Assembly (NCBI GenBank): GCA_009937615.1
Contig: JAACFB010000011.1
Location: forward strand, 6,446 to 70,445
Source: Gammaproteobacteria bacterium
GTDB taxonomy: Bacteria > Pseudomonadota > Gammaproteobacteria > Steroidobacterales > Woeseiaceae
Length of the DNA: 64,000 nucleotides
Reading direction: 5' to 3'
Part shown: piece after piece, positions 1 to 8,897 of the stretch
Numbering within the stretch: position 1 is the stretch's first letter
How the letters are laid out: each line of letters begins with the position of its first letter
Position numbers and translations under genes: made by a program
The notes under the pieces: model-generated
Seen by the model: only the letters and a program-made list of their open reading frames with translations
The model's database searches: none
What the model was told of the DNA's origin: nothing

Positions 1-1345
<1,345 letters not shown>

Positions 1346-1424
1346 TCAGAGGTGGACTCTCAAAGTACCCTCAAAGCCTTATTTTTTAAGGTATTTTGCT
1401 TGCCGCACAGGTCCAGGCGGCGCC

Positions 1425-2492
1425 TCATTCGATTCGTGCCACGGCGCCGTGTTCCACGTGGAACACGGCGGGTGTTTCCGGGAATAGCCGGGGCTCAGGC
1501 TGCAGGCTCGTCGCCACGACCTGGCAGCCCAAGTTCACTACCCTCGCCATCAGCTGCCGCAGCGAGTCGCCGTCGAGCTCGGCCGCCGGGTCGTCCAGCA
1601 ATAGCAGCAGCGGGCGCTCGAGCGCCGTTAGCGCGGTTTCAGTGGCCCCGAGTATCATCGCGCACGCAAGGAGCTTTTGCTGCCCTCGCGATACGAGCTT
1701 GCGCGCGCGGCGCTCGTCATACACAAGCTTCAGGTCGGCTCGATGTGGCCCATATTGCGTGCTGCCGAGCTGGAGATCGCGATCGACGCCCCGCTCCAGC
1801 AATGTGAGCAAGCCCTTTTCCTGTGGCCACCCCGCCTGGTATTCGAACCCGACCGGCCCTCCGAGCAACTCGCTCCCCACCTCCTCCAGCGCCGGGATTG
1901 CCGCCGTCAGCGCTTGCCGCCGACCCGCATCGATTTTCTCGGCCAGCGTCACGAACTCGGCGTTCCAGCTCTGGATGAGCCGCGGTCCGGATGCGCTGCG
2001 CAGCGCCGCATTCCGCTGCTTTAACGCGCGGCGGAAGTGTCGCCATGCATCAAGGTATCCGTGTTCCACGTGGAACGCGATCCAGTCGAGGTACCGCCGC
2101 CGCTCGTCCGGCGCGCCTGCGACCAGGTTGTGTACATCCGGGTCGATGACCTGCAGCGGCAGCATCGTTGCGAGGGCGGCCGCCCCGCCGCCCGTGGCGC
2201 CATCTATCTTGACCTCGAGCCCCTCGGCGCTATTCCGCACACCGACCCGCGAGGTGCGCTCGCCAGCCCTGACCTGCCCGAATAGCACAAACTCTGATTC
2301 ACCGTGGCGGACCAGCTCGGACGGCGCCGCCCCGCGGAAAGACTTTCCCCGGCCGAGGTAGCCGAGGGCCTCGAGGATGCTGGTTTTACCGGATGCGTTG
2401 GCGCCGAAAATTACGTTGTAGTCGGTCGCCAGCCCGACCTCGACATCCCTGAGACAACGAAAGTTCTGCGCCCTGAACGTCTGGACAGTCAC
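1425..2492 (-). CDS. recF: DNA replication and repair protein RecF
   Basis: 355-aa ORF with a GTG start at 2492. It has a Walker A motif (GANASGKTS) near the N-terminus and lies between dnaN and gyrB. Confidence 0.93.
   Translation of the reverse strand: MTVQTFRAQNFRCLRDVEVGLATDYNVIFGANASGKTSILEALGYLGRGKSFRGAAPSELVRHGESEFVLFGQVRAGERTSRVGVRNSAEGLEVKIDGATGGGAAALATMLPLQVIDPDVHNLVAGAPDERRRYLDWIAFHVEHGYLDAWRHFRRALKQRNAALRSASGPRLIQSWNAEFVTLAEKIDAGRRQALTAAIPALEEVGSELLGGPVGFEYQAGWPQEKGLLTLLERGVDRDLQLGSTQYGPHRADLKLVYDERRARKLVSRGQQKLLACAMILGATETALTALERPLLLLLDDPAAELDGDSLRQLMARVVNLGCQVVATSLQPEPRLFPETPAVFHVEHGAVARIE
1450..1465. promoter_or_regulatory. parS centromere-like site, perfect 16-bp palindrome TGTTCCACGTGGAACA, inside the recF 3' end
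   Basis: Read directly from the sequence. It differs from the generic parS consensus TGTTTCACGTGAAACA only at the symmetric positions 5 and 12, the variant I recall from Pseudomonas. It is origin-proximal, and parA-parB lie at 27.4-29.1 kb. Confidence 0.75.
2062..2077. promoter_or_regulatory. second parS-like site TGTTCCACGTGGAACG (15/16 identical to the first), inside recF
   Basis: Read directly from the sequence, 612 bp from the first copy. The two copies share the core GTTCCACGTGGAAC. Confidence 0.65.
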
Positions 2493-2513
2493 GCGGCCGC
2501 CACACGACCGCCC

Positions 2514-3611
2514 CTAAAGGCGCATGGGCATCACAACGAATTTGCCGTCGTTGTTGCCCGGCTGCCGGATCAGGCAGCTCGAGTTGCTGTCTTGCACGGA
2601 CAACATGACCTCCTCGCCATCGATGGCCCCCAGCGCATCGAGTAAGTAATTGACGTTAAAGCCAATTTCGATGTCTTCCCCGCTGTAGCTGACCTCGAGT
2701 TCCTCCTCGGCCTCTTCTTGCTCCGGGTTGTGCGCCTGAATAACAACCCCGCTATCCCGGATGATCAGGCGGATTCCGCGATATTTTTCGTTTGACAGGA
2801 TTGCGGTTCGCTGTAGCGCCCCCCTGAGGCTCGCCTTGTCCGCTGTCAGCTGGTTCGCGGACTCCTTTGGAATAACGCGATCATATTCGGGAAACCGGCC
2901 ATCGATAAGCTTCGAAGTAAACCGAATCCCATCCAGCTGTATGCGGACGTGGTTGGCACCCAGCTCCAGGTCGAGGGCCCCCTCCCCATCCATGAGTCGC
3001 TGCAGTTCCAGCACGCCCTTTCTCGGCACAATGACCTGCTGCTCATCGAGGGAGGCGCCGTCGATGACCGCCTCGCACAGAGCCAGCCTGTGACCATCGG
3101 TCGCCACGGCCCGCAGGTGCTGCCCGCCGGTCTCAAGCAACATGCCGTTCAGGTAATACCGAACATCCTGTTGCGCCATCGAAAAGTGCGTCTTCTCGAT
3201 CAGTCGCAACAGCACCGCCCGGTCAACGGTTATCGTTTGTCCCGCCTTGATGTCCTCCACGGTCGGGAACTCTGCCGCCGGCAGGGTCGCCAGGCTGAAC
3301 TTGCTTCTCCCGGACCGAACGACGAGCTTTTCGCCCGACACGCTGATATCGACATCTGAGCCGTCCGGCAGCGCCCGACAGATATCCAGGAGCTTTCGTC
3401 CGGATACCGTTATTTCACCGCCAGCCTCGACTGCCACCTCCGCTTCGGCCACGAGCTCGACTTCCAGGTCGGTCGCTGTAACGGCGAGCTGGCCGTTTCG
3501 CGCTACAAGCAGAACATTCGATAGTATTGGCATCGTCTGCCGTCGTTCGACAACCCCGATTACAGCTTGTAATGGCTTCAATAGGGTATCGCGAGCAGCT
3601 CGTAAATTCAT
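2514..3611 (-). CDS. dnaN: DNA polymerase III beta sliding clamp
   Basis: The track ORF is 2514..3620. The ATG at 3611, preceded by AGGTGG, gives MNLRAARDTLLKPLQAVIG, a typical beta-clamp N-terminus. The protein ends VVMPMRL. It lies immediately downstream of dnaA. Confidence 0.93.
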   Translation of the reverse strand: MNLRAARDTLLKPLQAVIGVVERRQTMPILSNVLLVARNGQLAVTATDLEVELVAEAEVAVEAGGEITVSGRKLLDICRALPDGSDVDISVSGEKLVVRSGRSKFSLATLPAAEFPTVEDIKAGQTITVDRAVLLRLIEKTHFSMAQQDVRYYLNGMLLETGGQHLRAVATDGHRLALCEAVIDGASLDEQQVIVPRKGVLELQRLMDGEGALDLELGANHVRIQLDGIRFTSKLIDGRFPEYDRVIPKESANQLTADKASLRGALQRTAILSNEKYRGIRLIIRDSGVVIQAHNPEQEEAEEELEVSYSGEDIEIGFNVNYLLDALGAIDGEEVMLSVQDSNSSCLIRQPGNNDGKFVVMPMRL

Positions 3612-3677
3612 GGGTTCCACCTGTTAATAAATATTGGAGATTATTAATTTATTATTATTATTAGCCAAAGCAGGTCC

Positions 3678-3686
3678 TGTGGATAA
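3678..3686 (-). promoter_or_regulatory. DnaA box (TGTGGATAA on the plus strand = TTATCCACA)
   Basis: Perfect match to the 9-mer consensus, read directly. Confidence 0.8.
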
Positions 3687-3775
3687 AATAAATAATAACA
3701 TTAAAATCAATAACTTATAATCAAAAACATCAAACCAAACCCGGTGCATCAAAGGCCATCGAGCTGTGTACAGCC

Positions 3776-3784
3776 TGTGGATAA
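3776..3784 (-). promoter_or_regulatory. DnaA box (TGTGGATAA on the plus strand = TTATCCACA)
   Basis: Perfect match to the 9-mer consensus, read directly. Confidence 0.8.
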
Positions 3785-3810
3785 CATTCGTCGGTACTCT
3801 TATGCACGGG

Positions 3811-3819
3811 TTATCCACA
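3811..3819 (+). promoter_or_regulatory. DnaA box TTATCCACA abutting the dnaA stop codon
   Basis: Perfect match, read directly. It is followed by the 7/9 box TTATCCTGT at 3820-3828. Confidence 0.8.
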
Positions 3820-5157
3820 TTATCCTGTCAGTGTTCTCAACAGGTTCAAATAATCATCGTCTATTCGCTTGTCTGACTCACGTAGCGCGGCTATCCGGCG
3901 GCAGCCGTGCAGCACCGTCGTATGATCTCTGCCGCCGAAAGCATCGCCTATTTCCGGCAGGCTGTGATTCGTTAACTCCTTCGCAAGCGCCATGGCAAAC
4001 TGCCTGGGCCGGGCGACAGACCGGCTGCGGCGTTTCGATAGCAGGTCAGCAACGCGAATCTTAAAGTACTCCGCTACGGTCTTCTGAATATTTTCGATCG
4101 ACACGAGCCGGGCCTGCAAAGCGAGCAGATCCCTCAGCGCTTCTTTAGCGAAATCGAGGTTTATCGGTCTCTCGGTGAACCGGGAGTTGGCAATTACCCG
4201 GCGGAGCGCTCCTTCGAGTTCGCGAACGTTTGATCGAATGCGCTTGGCGATAAAAAATGCGACCTCTTCGGGCAGCTCCACGCCCTCGATAAGCGCCTTG
4301 CTCATTAAGATGGCTACGGACGTTTCGAGCTCCGGGGGCTCTATGGCAACGGTCAAGCCCCAGCCGAACCGGGATTTAAGGCGCTCCTCTAGTCCCACAA
4401 CCTCTTTCGGGTACCGGTCACAGGTCAGCACGATTTGCCGCTGTCCCTCGAGCAGAGCGTTAAACGTGTGAAAAAACTCTTCCTGCGATCGCTCCTTGCC
4501 CGCAAAAAACTGGATGTCGTCGATCAGCAGCGCGTCGAGCGATCGGTATGAGCGCTTGAATTCGGAGATCCGGTTGTGCTGGAGACCGCGAACCATGTCG
4601 CCGACAAACCGCTCAGAGTGCACATACGCAACCCTGGCCGCCGGGTCGCGCTGCAACATTGAGTTACCGATGGCCTGCATCAGGTGGGTCTTGCCAAGAC
4701 CAACGCCGCCGTATATGAACAAGGGATTGTAGGACGTTCCCGGATTTTCGCCGACCTGACAGGCCGCGGCTTTGGCCAGCTGATTGCTCTTGCCCTCGAC
4801 GAAGTCGTTAAACGTGAATGCAGGGCTCAGGCGCGACTCCAGGGTTGCAGCTGCAGGCCGCGCGGCCTGGACCTTGCGCTCCGGCGCCGCCGGCCTTGCT
4901 CCCGGCGCCGGTCCCCTCGAACCCACTTCGACAACAACCTCCGGATGGGTATCACTGTCCGCAACAATCTGCAGGATGCGCTCGATGTAGTGTTTTTGCA
5001 GCCAGTCGACAACGAAACGATTCGGCGCGAGCAGGCGCAGGACCTTGTCGTCCTCGATGGCCTGCAGCGGGCGGATCCAGGTGTTGAACTGCTGCTCGGG
5101 AAGCTCCGCCTGAAGGTCACGGATGCAACGATTCCAGAGCGTCAAGTCGGCTGGCAA
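3820..5157 (-). CDS. dnaA: chromosomal replication initiator DnaA
   Basis: The track ORF is open to 5400, but that extension runs into rpmH. The TTG at 5157, with GGGGA 5 nt upstream, gives [32 protein letters not shown]; the TTG at 5145 is an alternative. The protein has the AAA+ Walker A motif [10 protein letters not shown] and the C-terminal DNA-binding region [12 protein letters not shown]. Confidence 0.92.
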   Translation of the reverse strand: MPADLTLWNRCIRDLQAELPEQQFNTWIRPLQAIEDDKVLRLLAPNRFVVDWLQKHYIERILQIVADSDTHPEVVVEVGSRGPAPGARPAAPERKVQAARPAAATLESRLSPAFTFNDFVEGKSNQLAKAAACQVGENPGTSYNPLFIYGGVGLGKTHLMQAIGNSMLQRDPAARVAYVHSERFVGDMVRGLQHNRISEFKRSYRSLDALLIDDIQFFAGKERSQEEFFHTFNALLEGQRQIVLTCDRYPKEVVGLEERLKSRFGWGLTVAIEPPELETSVAILMSKALIEGVELPEEVAFFIAKRIRSNVRELEGALRRVIANSRFTERPINLDFAKEALRDLLALQARLVSIENIQKTVAEYFKIRVADLLSKRRSRSVARPRQFAMALAKELTNHSLPEIGDAFGGRDHTTVLHGCRRIAALRESDKRIDDDYLNLLRTLTG

Positions 5158-5293
5158 AAGAGTCCCCAAAAAGAGCGTTAAGAGTTGGTTGTGCGAAACG
5201 AGACCGGCCAGTCTATACCGTCTGCAGGAGCGCCGCCAGATGACGGCGGTCTTGAGATTGATACGGACGGCGATGGCGGGCAGGGCGGCTCTA

Positions 5294-5322
5294 TTGACAC
5301 AAATCGGCCACCTGCGTACCCT
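5294..5322 (+). promoter_or_regulatory. possible sigma70 promoter of rpmH-rnpA (TTGACA, 17-nt spacer, TACCCT)
   Basis: Perfect -35 at 5294-5299, a 17-nt spacer and a weak -10 at 5317-5322, 57 nt upstream of the rpmH ATG. Sequence pattern only. Confidence 0.3.
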
Positions 5323-5378
5323 TGCCGCCCTTCCAAGAAGGCGGTCGACAACGACCGAGACACACCAGGTACCGGGCA

Positions 5379-5513
5379 ATGAAACGTACGTATCAGCCAA
5401 GCAAACTCAAGCGCGCACGCACCCATGGGTTCCGCGCCCGCATGGCCACGAAGGCAGGCCGCCTCATCCTCAAGCGCAGGCGCGCCAAGGGCCGCGCCAA
5501 GCTCTCGCCCTAA
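5379..5513 (+). CDS. rpmH: 50S ribosomal protein L34
   Basis: [44 protein letters not shown] (44 aa), from the internal ATG of track ORF 5322..5513. Confidence 0.95.
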   Translation: MKRTYQPSKLKRARTHGFRARMATKAGRLILKRRRAKGRAKLSP

Positions 5514-5566
5514 TTCGGGCCAGGCCCCGAAAGGCGCTCGTCACGGCCGCAGATACTCAATCATCG

Positions 5567-5959
5567 CTGGGGGGTAGTTCGCCGTACCGGTTTCGAAAGG
5601 ACAAGCGCTTACTAAATGCTGCGGCATTCAACCGTGTTTTCAAGCGGGCCACGGCAAGTCGCGACAAGTGGTTCACGATCCTTAGCGCAGACAACGACAT
5701 GGATGCAGCGAGACTGGGCCTGGCGATATCAAAAAAACACTGTCGTCAGGCCACGGGCAGAAACAGAATCAAGCGAATCGTCAGGGAGTCTTTCCGGCAA
5801 CACCAGGGAGCGCTCAGCGGACTCGACATCGTCGTTCTCAATCAACCAGCCGCAAGAACCGGGAGCAATCGGCAACTATTTGATAGCCTAAGGTCTCACT
5901 GGCAGCGATGCGAGCGGGCAAAGCAAGAGCGCGGCAAGCAGGAATTAGGGAATGGATAA
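5567..5959 (+). CDS. rnpA: RNase P protein component (start codon uncertain)
   Basis: This is the C-terminal part of track ORF 5123..5959. It reads RLLNAAAFNRVFKRA...LGLAISKKHCRQATGRNRIKRIVRESFR, the RNase P protein signature, directly after rpmH. There is no in-frame ATG, GTG or TTG between the rpmH stop and the conserved N-terminus, so the CTG at 5567 is taken provisionally. Confidence 0.8.
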   Translation: MGGSSPYRFRKDKRLLNAAAFNRVFKRATASRDKWFTILSADNDMDAARLGLAISKKHCRQATGRNRIKRIVRESFRQHQGALSGLDIVVLNQPAARTGSNRQLFDSLRSHWQRCERAKQERGKQELGNG

Positions 5960-7649
5960 TCAACGACTGCTGATATGGGCCTTTTTCGGGCTGATGGCCT
6001 GGATGACTTACCAGGCGTGGATGGAGGACTATGCGCCGAAGCCCGCTGCCGTGCCGGCCGCAAGCGAGGCGCCGGTGGTCGACGAGATCCCCGACGACCG
6101 TCTGCCGGAATTCATGGACGATACGATAGATGCGCCCGAGCCGCTGACGGCCAGCCGCGTCGACGCGGTGGAAGAGGACACGGCGGGGGCCGCGACCGTT
6201 CGTGTCACGACCGATGTTTTCGAGGTTGTTATTAGCTCGCAAGGCGGCACGTTGCAGGGCGCGGTATTGCGCAACTACCCGGTCGCCAAGGACAGGCCTG
6301 ACGAGCTCGTGGAGCTCTTGAGCACCGAGCCCAGCCAGGCCGGTCTCGTGCAGTCCGGACTGCGCTCCGCCGGCGAATCACCGGAGGCGAACCACCTCGC
6401 GATCTTCCGGGCCGAGCAGGACAGCTATTCAATGGGCTCAGCAGACGAGCTCGTCGTGCCGCTGCGCTGGTCTGATGGTGCCGGCGTTACCGTTGAAAAG
6501 CGCTACCGGTTCAAGCGCGGCGCCTATGCAATAGAACTCGAGCAAATCGTCAGCAACGAATCGGGAGCCGCGTGGCGGGGCGCCGAATACGTTCAGATAA
6601 AGCGACGGTCATCTGCGCAGGAGCGGTCGATGTTCGACGTCGACTCATACTCCTCCGACGGCCCGATCATTTATAACGGTGAGAAGTCCGAGAAGTTCGG
6701 TCATGACGATCTTGTCGATGATGGTCCGTACTCGTTCACGGCTGAGAACGGCTGGCTGGGGGCAATACAGCACCACTTCGTGAGCGTTGTCGTTCCGGAG
6801 CGGGGCACCACCCAGCGCTTCAATGTCGTGGTCCGGGGGCAGACGTCGACCGCGAGCGTCATTGGTTCGCCACGCACGATCGAGCCAGGCCGCAGCGGGA
6901 CTTTTTTCACGACGATCTTTGTTGGCCCGAAACTGCAGGCGCAACTCGAGGCCATCGATCCGAGCCTCAAGCTAACGGTCGACTATGGTTTCCTGACGAT
7001 CCTCTCGCAGCCGCTGTTCTGGCTGCTGGGCAAGGCGTACGGCCTGTTCGCCAATTGGGGCGTTGCGATTATTTCGGTGACGATCCTGATCAAGCTCGTC
7101 TTTTACAAGCTCACGGAGTCGAGCGGCCGGTCGATGGCCAAGATGCGCAATCTCCAGCCGCGGATCAAGGCGCTGCAGGAGCGGTACAAAGACGATCGCC
7201 AGCAGCTCAGCCAGGCAATGATGGAGCTATATAAACGCGAGAAGGTAAACCCGGCTGCCGGCTGTCTGCCGATTCTCATTCAAATGCCGTTTTTTCTCGC
7301 CTTCTACTGGGTGCTACTCGAGAGCGTCGAAATGCGCCAGGCGCCGTTTGCGCTCTGGATCACCGACCTCTCGTCACGAGATCCGTTTTTCATCCTGCCG
7401 CTGATCATGGGTGCGGCCATGTTCTTCCAGCAGAAGCTCAATCCGCAGGTCGGCGACCCGGTTCAGGTCAAGGTCATGCAGATCATGCCGGTCATATTTA
7501 CGGCTTTCTTCGCGTTTTTCCCGTCGGGGCTCGTGCTCTACTGGGTTACGAACACGCTGCTATCGATCGCTCAACAGTGGAAAATCAACAAGGTCGTCGA
7601 GCAGGAAGCAAAACAGCAAAAACACGGCAAGAAGCCCAAGGACAGCTAG
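5952..7649 (+). CDS. yidC: membrane protein insertase YidC
   Basis: 565 aa with an N-terminal TM helix, a large periplasmic domain, a C-terminal multi-TM Oxa1/YidC core (PILIQMPFFLAFYWVL) and a basic tail. Its start overlaps the rnpA stop by 8 nt. Confidence 0.93.
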   Translation: MDNQRLLIWAFFGLMAWMTYQAWMEDYAPKPAAVPAASEAPVVDEIPDDRLPEFMDDTIDAPEPLTASRVDAVEEDTAGAATVRVTTDVFEVVISSQGGTLQGAVLRNYPVAKDRPDELVELLSTEPSQAGLVQSGLRSAGESPEANHLAIFRAEQDSYSMGSADELVVPLRWSDGAGVTVEKRYRFKRGAYAIELEQIVSNESGAAWRGAEYVQIKRRSSAQERSMFDVDSYSSDGPIIYNGEKSEKFGHDDLVDDGPYSFTAENGWLGAIQHHFVSVVVPERGTTQRFNVVVRGQTSTASVIGSPRTIEPGRSGTFFTTIFVGPKLQAQLEAIDPSLKLTVDYGFLTILSQPLFWLLGKAYGLFANWGVAIISVTILIKLVFYKLTESSGRSMAKMRNLQPRIKALQERYKDDRQQLSQAMMELYKREKVNPAAGCLPILIQMPFFLAFYWVLLESVEMRQAPFALWITDLSSRDPFFILPLIMGAAMFFQQKLNPQVGDPVQVKVMQIMPVIFTAFFAFFPSGLVLYWVTNTLLSIAQQWKINKVVEQEAKQQKHGKKPKDS

Positions 7650-7659
7650 CGACCGCAGC

Positions 7660-8868
7660 TCACTCGAGCGCACTCCGGATTTTGATTTCGCCGTGCAGCG
7701 ACCTGTGCACCGGGCACTTGTCGGCAATCTGCAGAAGGCGCTCACGCTCTTCATCGCTGAGGTTTCCAACGAGCGAAATCCGTCGGCGCAGCTCGTCGAC
7801 GTTGCCCGTGTCAGAGTCGCAGTCTTCGCAGGCCTCGACATGAATTTTCCGATGTGAAACGCGCGCCGTGATCTGCTGCAGGTCGAGTTTCTTGTGTCGG
7901 GCATAGAGGCGCAGCGTCATCGTCGTGCATGCGGCGAGCGCAGCTGACAGCAAGCCATAGGGCGACGGCCCCAGGTCGGAGCCGCCAAAGTCTGCGGGCT
8001 CGTCAGCGATCAGGAGGTGTTTGCCGACCCGGATGTCCGTGCGGAAGCTGTCCTCCGAGTTGCTCGCGACAACCACGCCTTCAGGCGTGTCGGCTGCCGA
8101 TACGGGCGCGGCGGGCAAGTAGCGCGTGGCCCACGCGGCGAGCACATGACCGACGTACATCGAATCTTCGCTGCGAGACAGAAGGTGATCGGCCTTGTCG
8201 AGGCTGATGAAGCTCTTTGGGTGCTTGGCCGCGGCAAAAAGCTGCCCGGCATTCTCTATATCGACAATGTCATCGAGCGGTGCGTGCAGGATGAGCAGGG
8301 CCTTGCGCAGCGCGCCTATCGTACCCATGAGATTCTGCCGCTCCAGGTCGTCGATGAGCTGTTTCTTGATCGTGAACGGACGGCCGCCGATATTTACCTC
8401 GGCGATTCCGTCCCGCTGCAGTTCGTCCTCGGCGCTCGTAAGCAGTGCCATGACGTGCGCGGGCTGGGCAGGCGCCCCAATCGTCGCGACGGCAACGGCC
8501 GCGGGCAGTCGCGCGGCAGCCTGGAGCACGGCCGTACCACCTAGCGAATGGCCTACGAGGACTGCTGGTGGGGCATAATCACTGTCGAGAAAACTGGCGG
8601 CGGCAAGCAGGTCGCTCACGTTCCCCGAGAAATTGCTGTCGGCAAATTCGCCTTCGCTCTGCCCAAGGCCCGTGAAGTCAAAGCGCAGCACCGCAAGACC
8701 GGCATCCGTCATTGCGCGGCTGATGCTGTTGACGGCCCTGAGATTTTTCGAGCAGGTAAAGCAGTGCGCGAACAAGGCATAGGCACGAGGCGCGCCCGCG
8801 GGCAGATCGAGAATACCGGCGAGCATCTGCCCGGCCGCGTTAGGAAATTTCACTTTGATGTTCGGCAT
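7660..8868 (-). CDS. bifunctional alpha/beta hydrolase / OsmC-family protein
   Basis: 402 aa. The N-terminal half has the GHSLGG nucleophile elbow. The C-terminal ~140 aa are OsmC/Ohr-like, with the two conserved Cys (AALAACTTM and ADKCPVH). Confidence 0.8.
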   Translation of the reverse strand: MPNIKVKFPNAAGQMLAGILDLPAGAPRAYALFAHCFTCSKNLRAVNSISRAMTDAGLAVLRFDFTGLGQSEGEFADSNFSGNVSDLLAAASFLDSDYAPPAVLVGHSLGGTAVLQAAARLPAAVAVATIGAPAQPAHVMALLTSAEDELQRDGIAEVNIGGRPFTIKKQLIDDLERQNLMGTIGALRKALLILHAPLDDIVDIENAGQLFAAAKHPKSFISLDKADHLLSRSEDSMYVGHVLAAWATRYLPAAPVSAADTPEGVVVASNSEDSFRTDIRVGKHLLIADEPADFGGSDLGPSPYGLLSAALAACTTMTLRLYARHKKLDLQQITARVSHRKIHVEACEDCDSDTGNVDELRRRISLVGNLSDEERERLLQIADKCPVHRSLHGEIKIRSALE

Positions 8869-8897
8869 TACGATACGACCTGTGATTTGATGGCAAG

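Larger units (their letters stand above)
3612..3819. other. probable chromosomal replication origin (oriC): AT-rich unwinding region plus DnaA-box cluster in the dnaA-dnaN spacer
   Basis: This is the only strongly AT-rich tract in the window, with runs at 3641-3663 and 3683-3739. It carries three perfect TTATCCACA/TGTGGATAA 9-mers, two 7/9 boxes (3800-3808 and 3820-3828), and an IHF-consensus-like AATCAATAACTTA at 3705-3717. Confidence 0.75.

Noticed and set aside
1838-1850. GGTATTCGAACCC, resembling a tRNA T-arm
   Set aside because: It lies inside recF, and no acceptor, D or anticodon arms can be built around it.
1396-2361. 321-aa plus-strand ORF covering most of recF
   Set aside because: It is antisense to a well-supported recF. 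The product is Ser/Ala/Arg-rich and low-complexity, a typical open antisense frame in GC-rich DNA.
5158-5400. N-terminal 81-codon extension of the dnaA ORF up to the ATG at 5400
   Set aside because: It overlaps the rpmH start and promoter region and shows no DnaA-like sequence. The conserved DnaA N-terminus begins at the TTG codons at 5157 and 5145.
5616-5891. 91-aa ORF in an alternative frame inside rnpA, considered as a yidD candidate
   Set aside because: It bears no resemblance to YidD: there is no Cys-containing hairpin motif and it is too long and Ser/Thr-rich. It is fully nested in rnpA.
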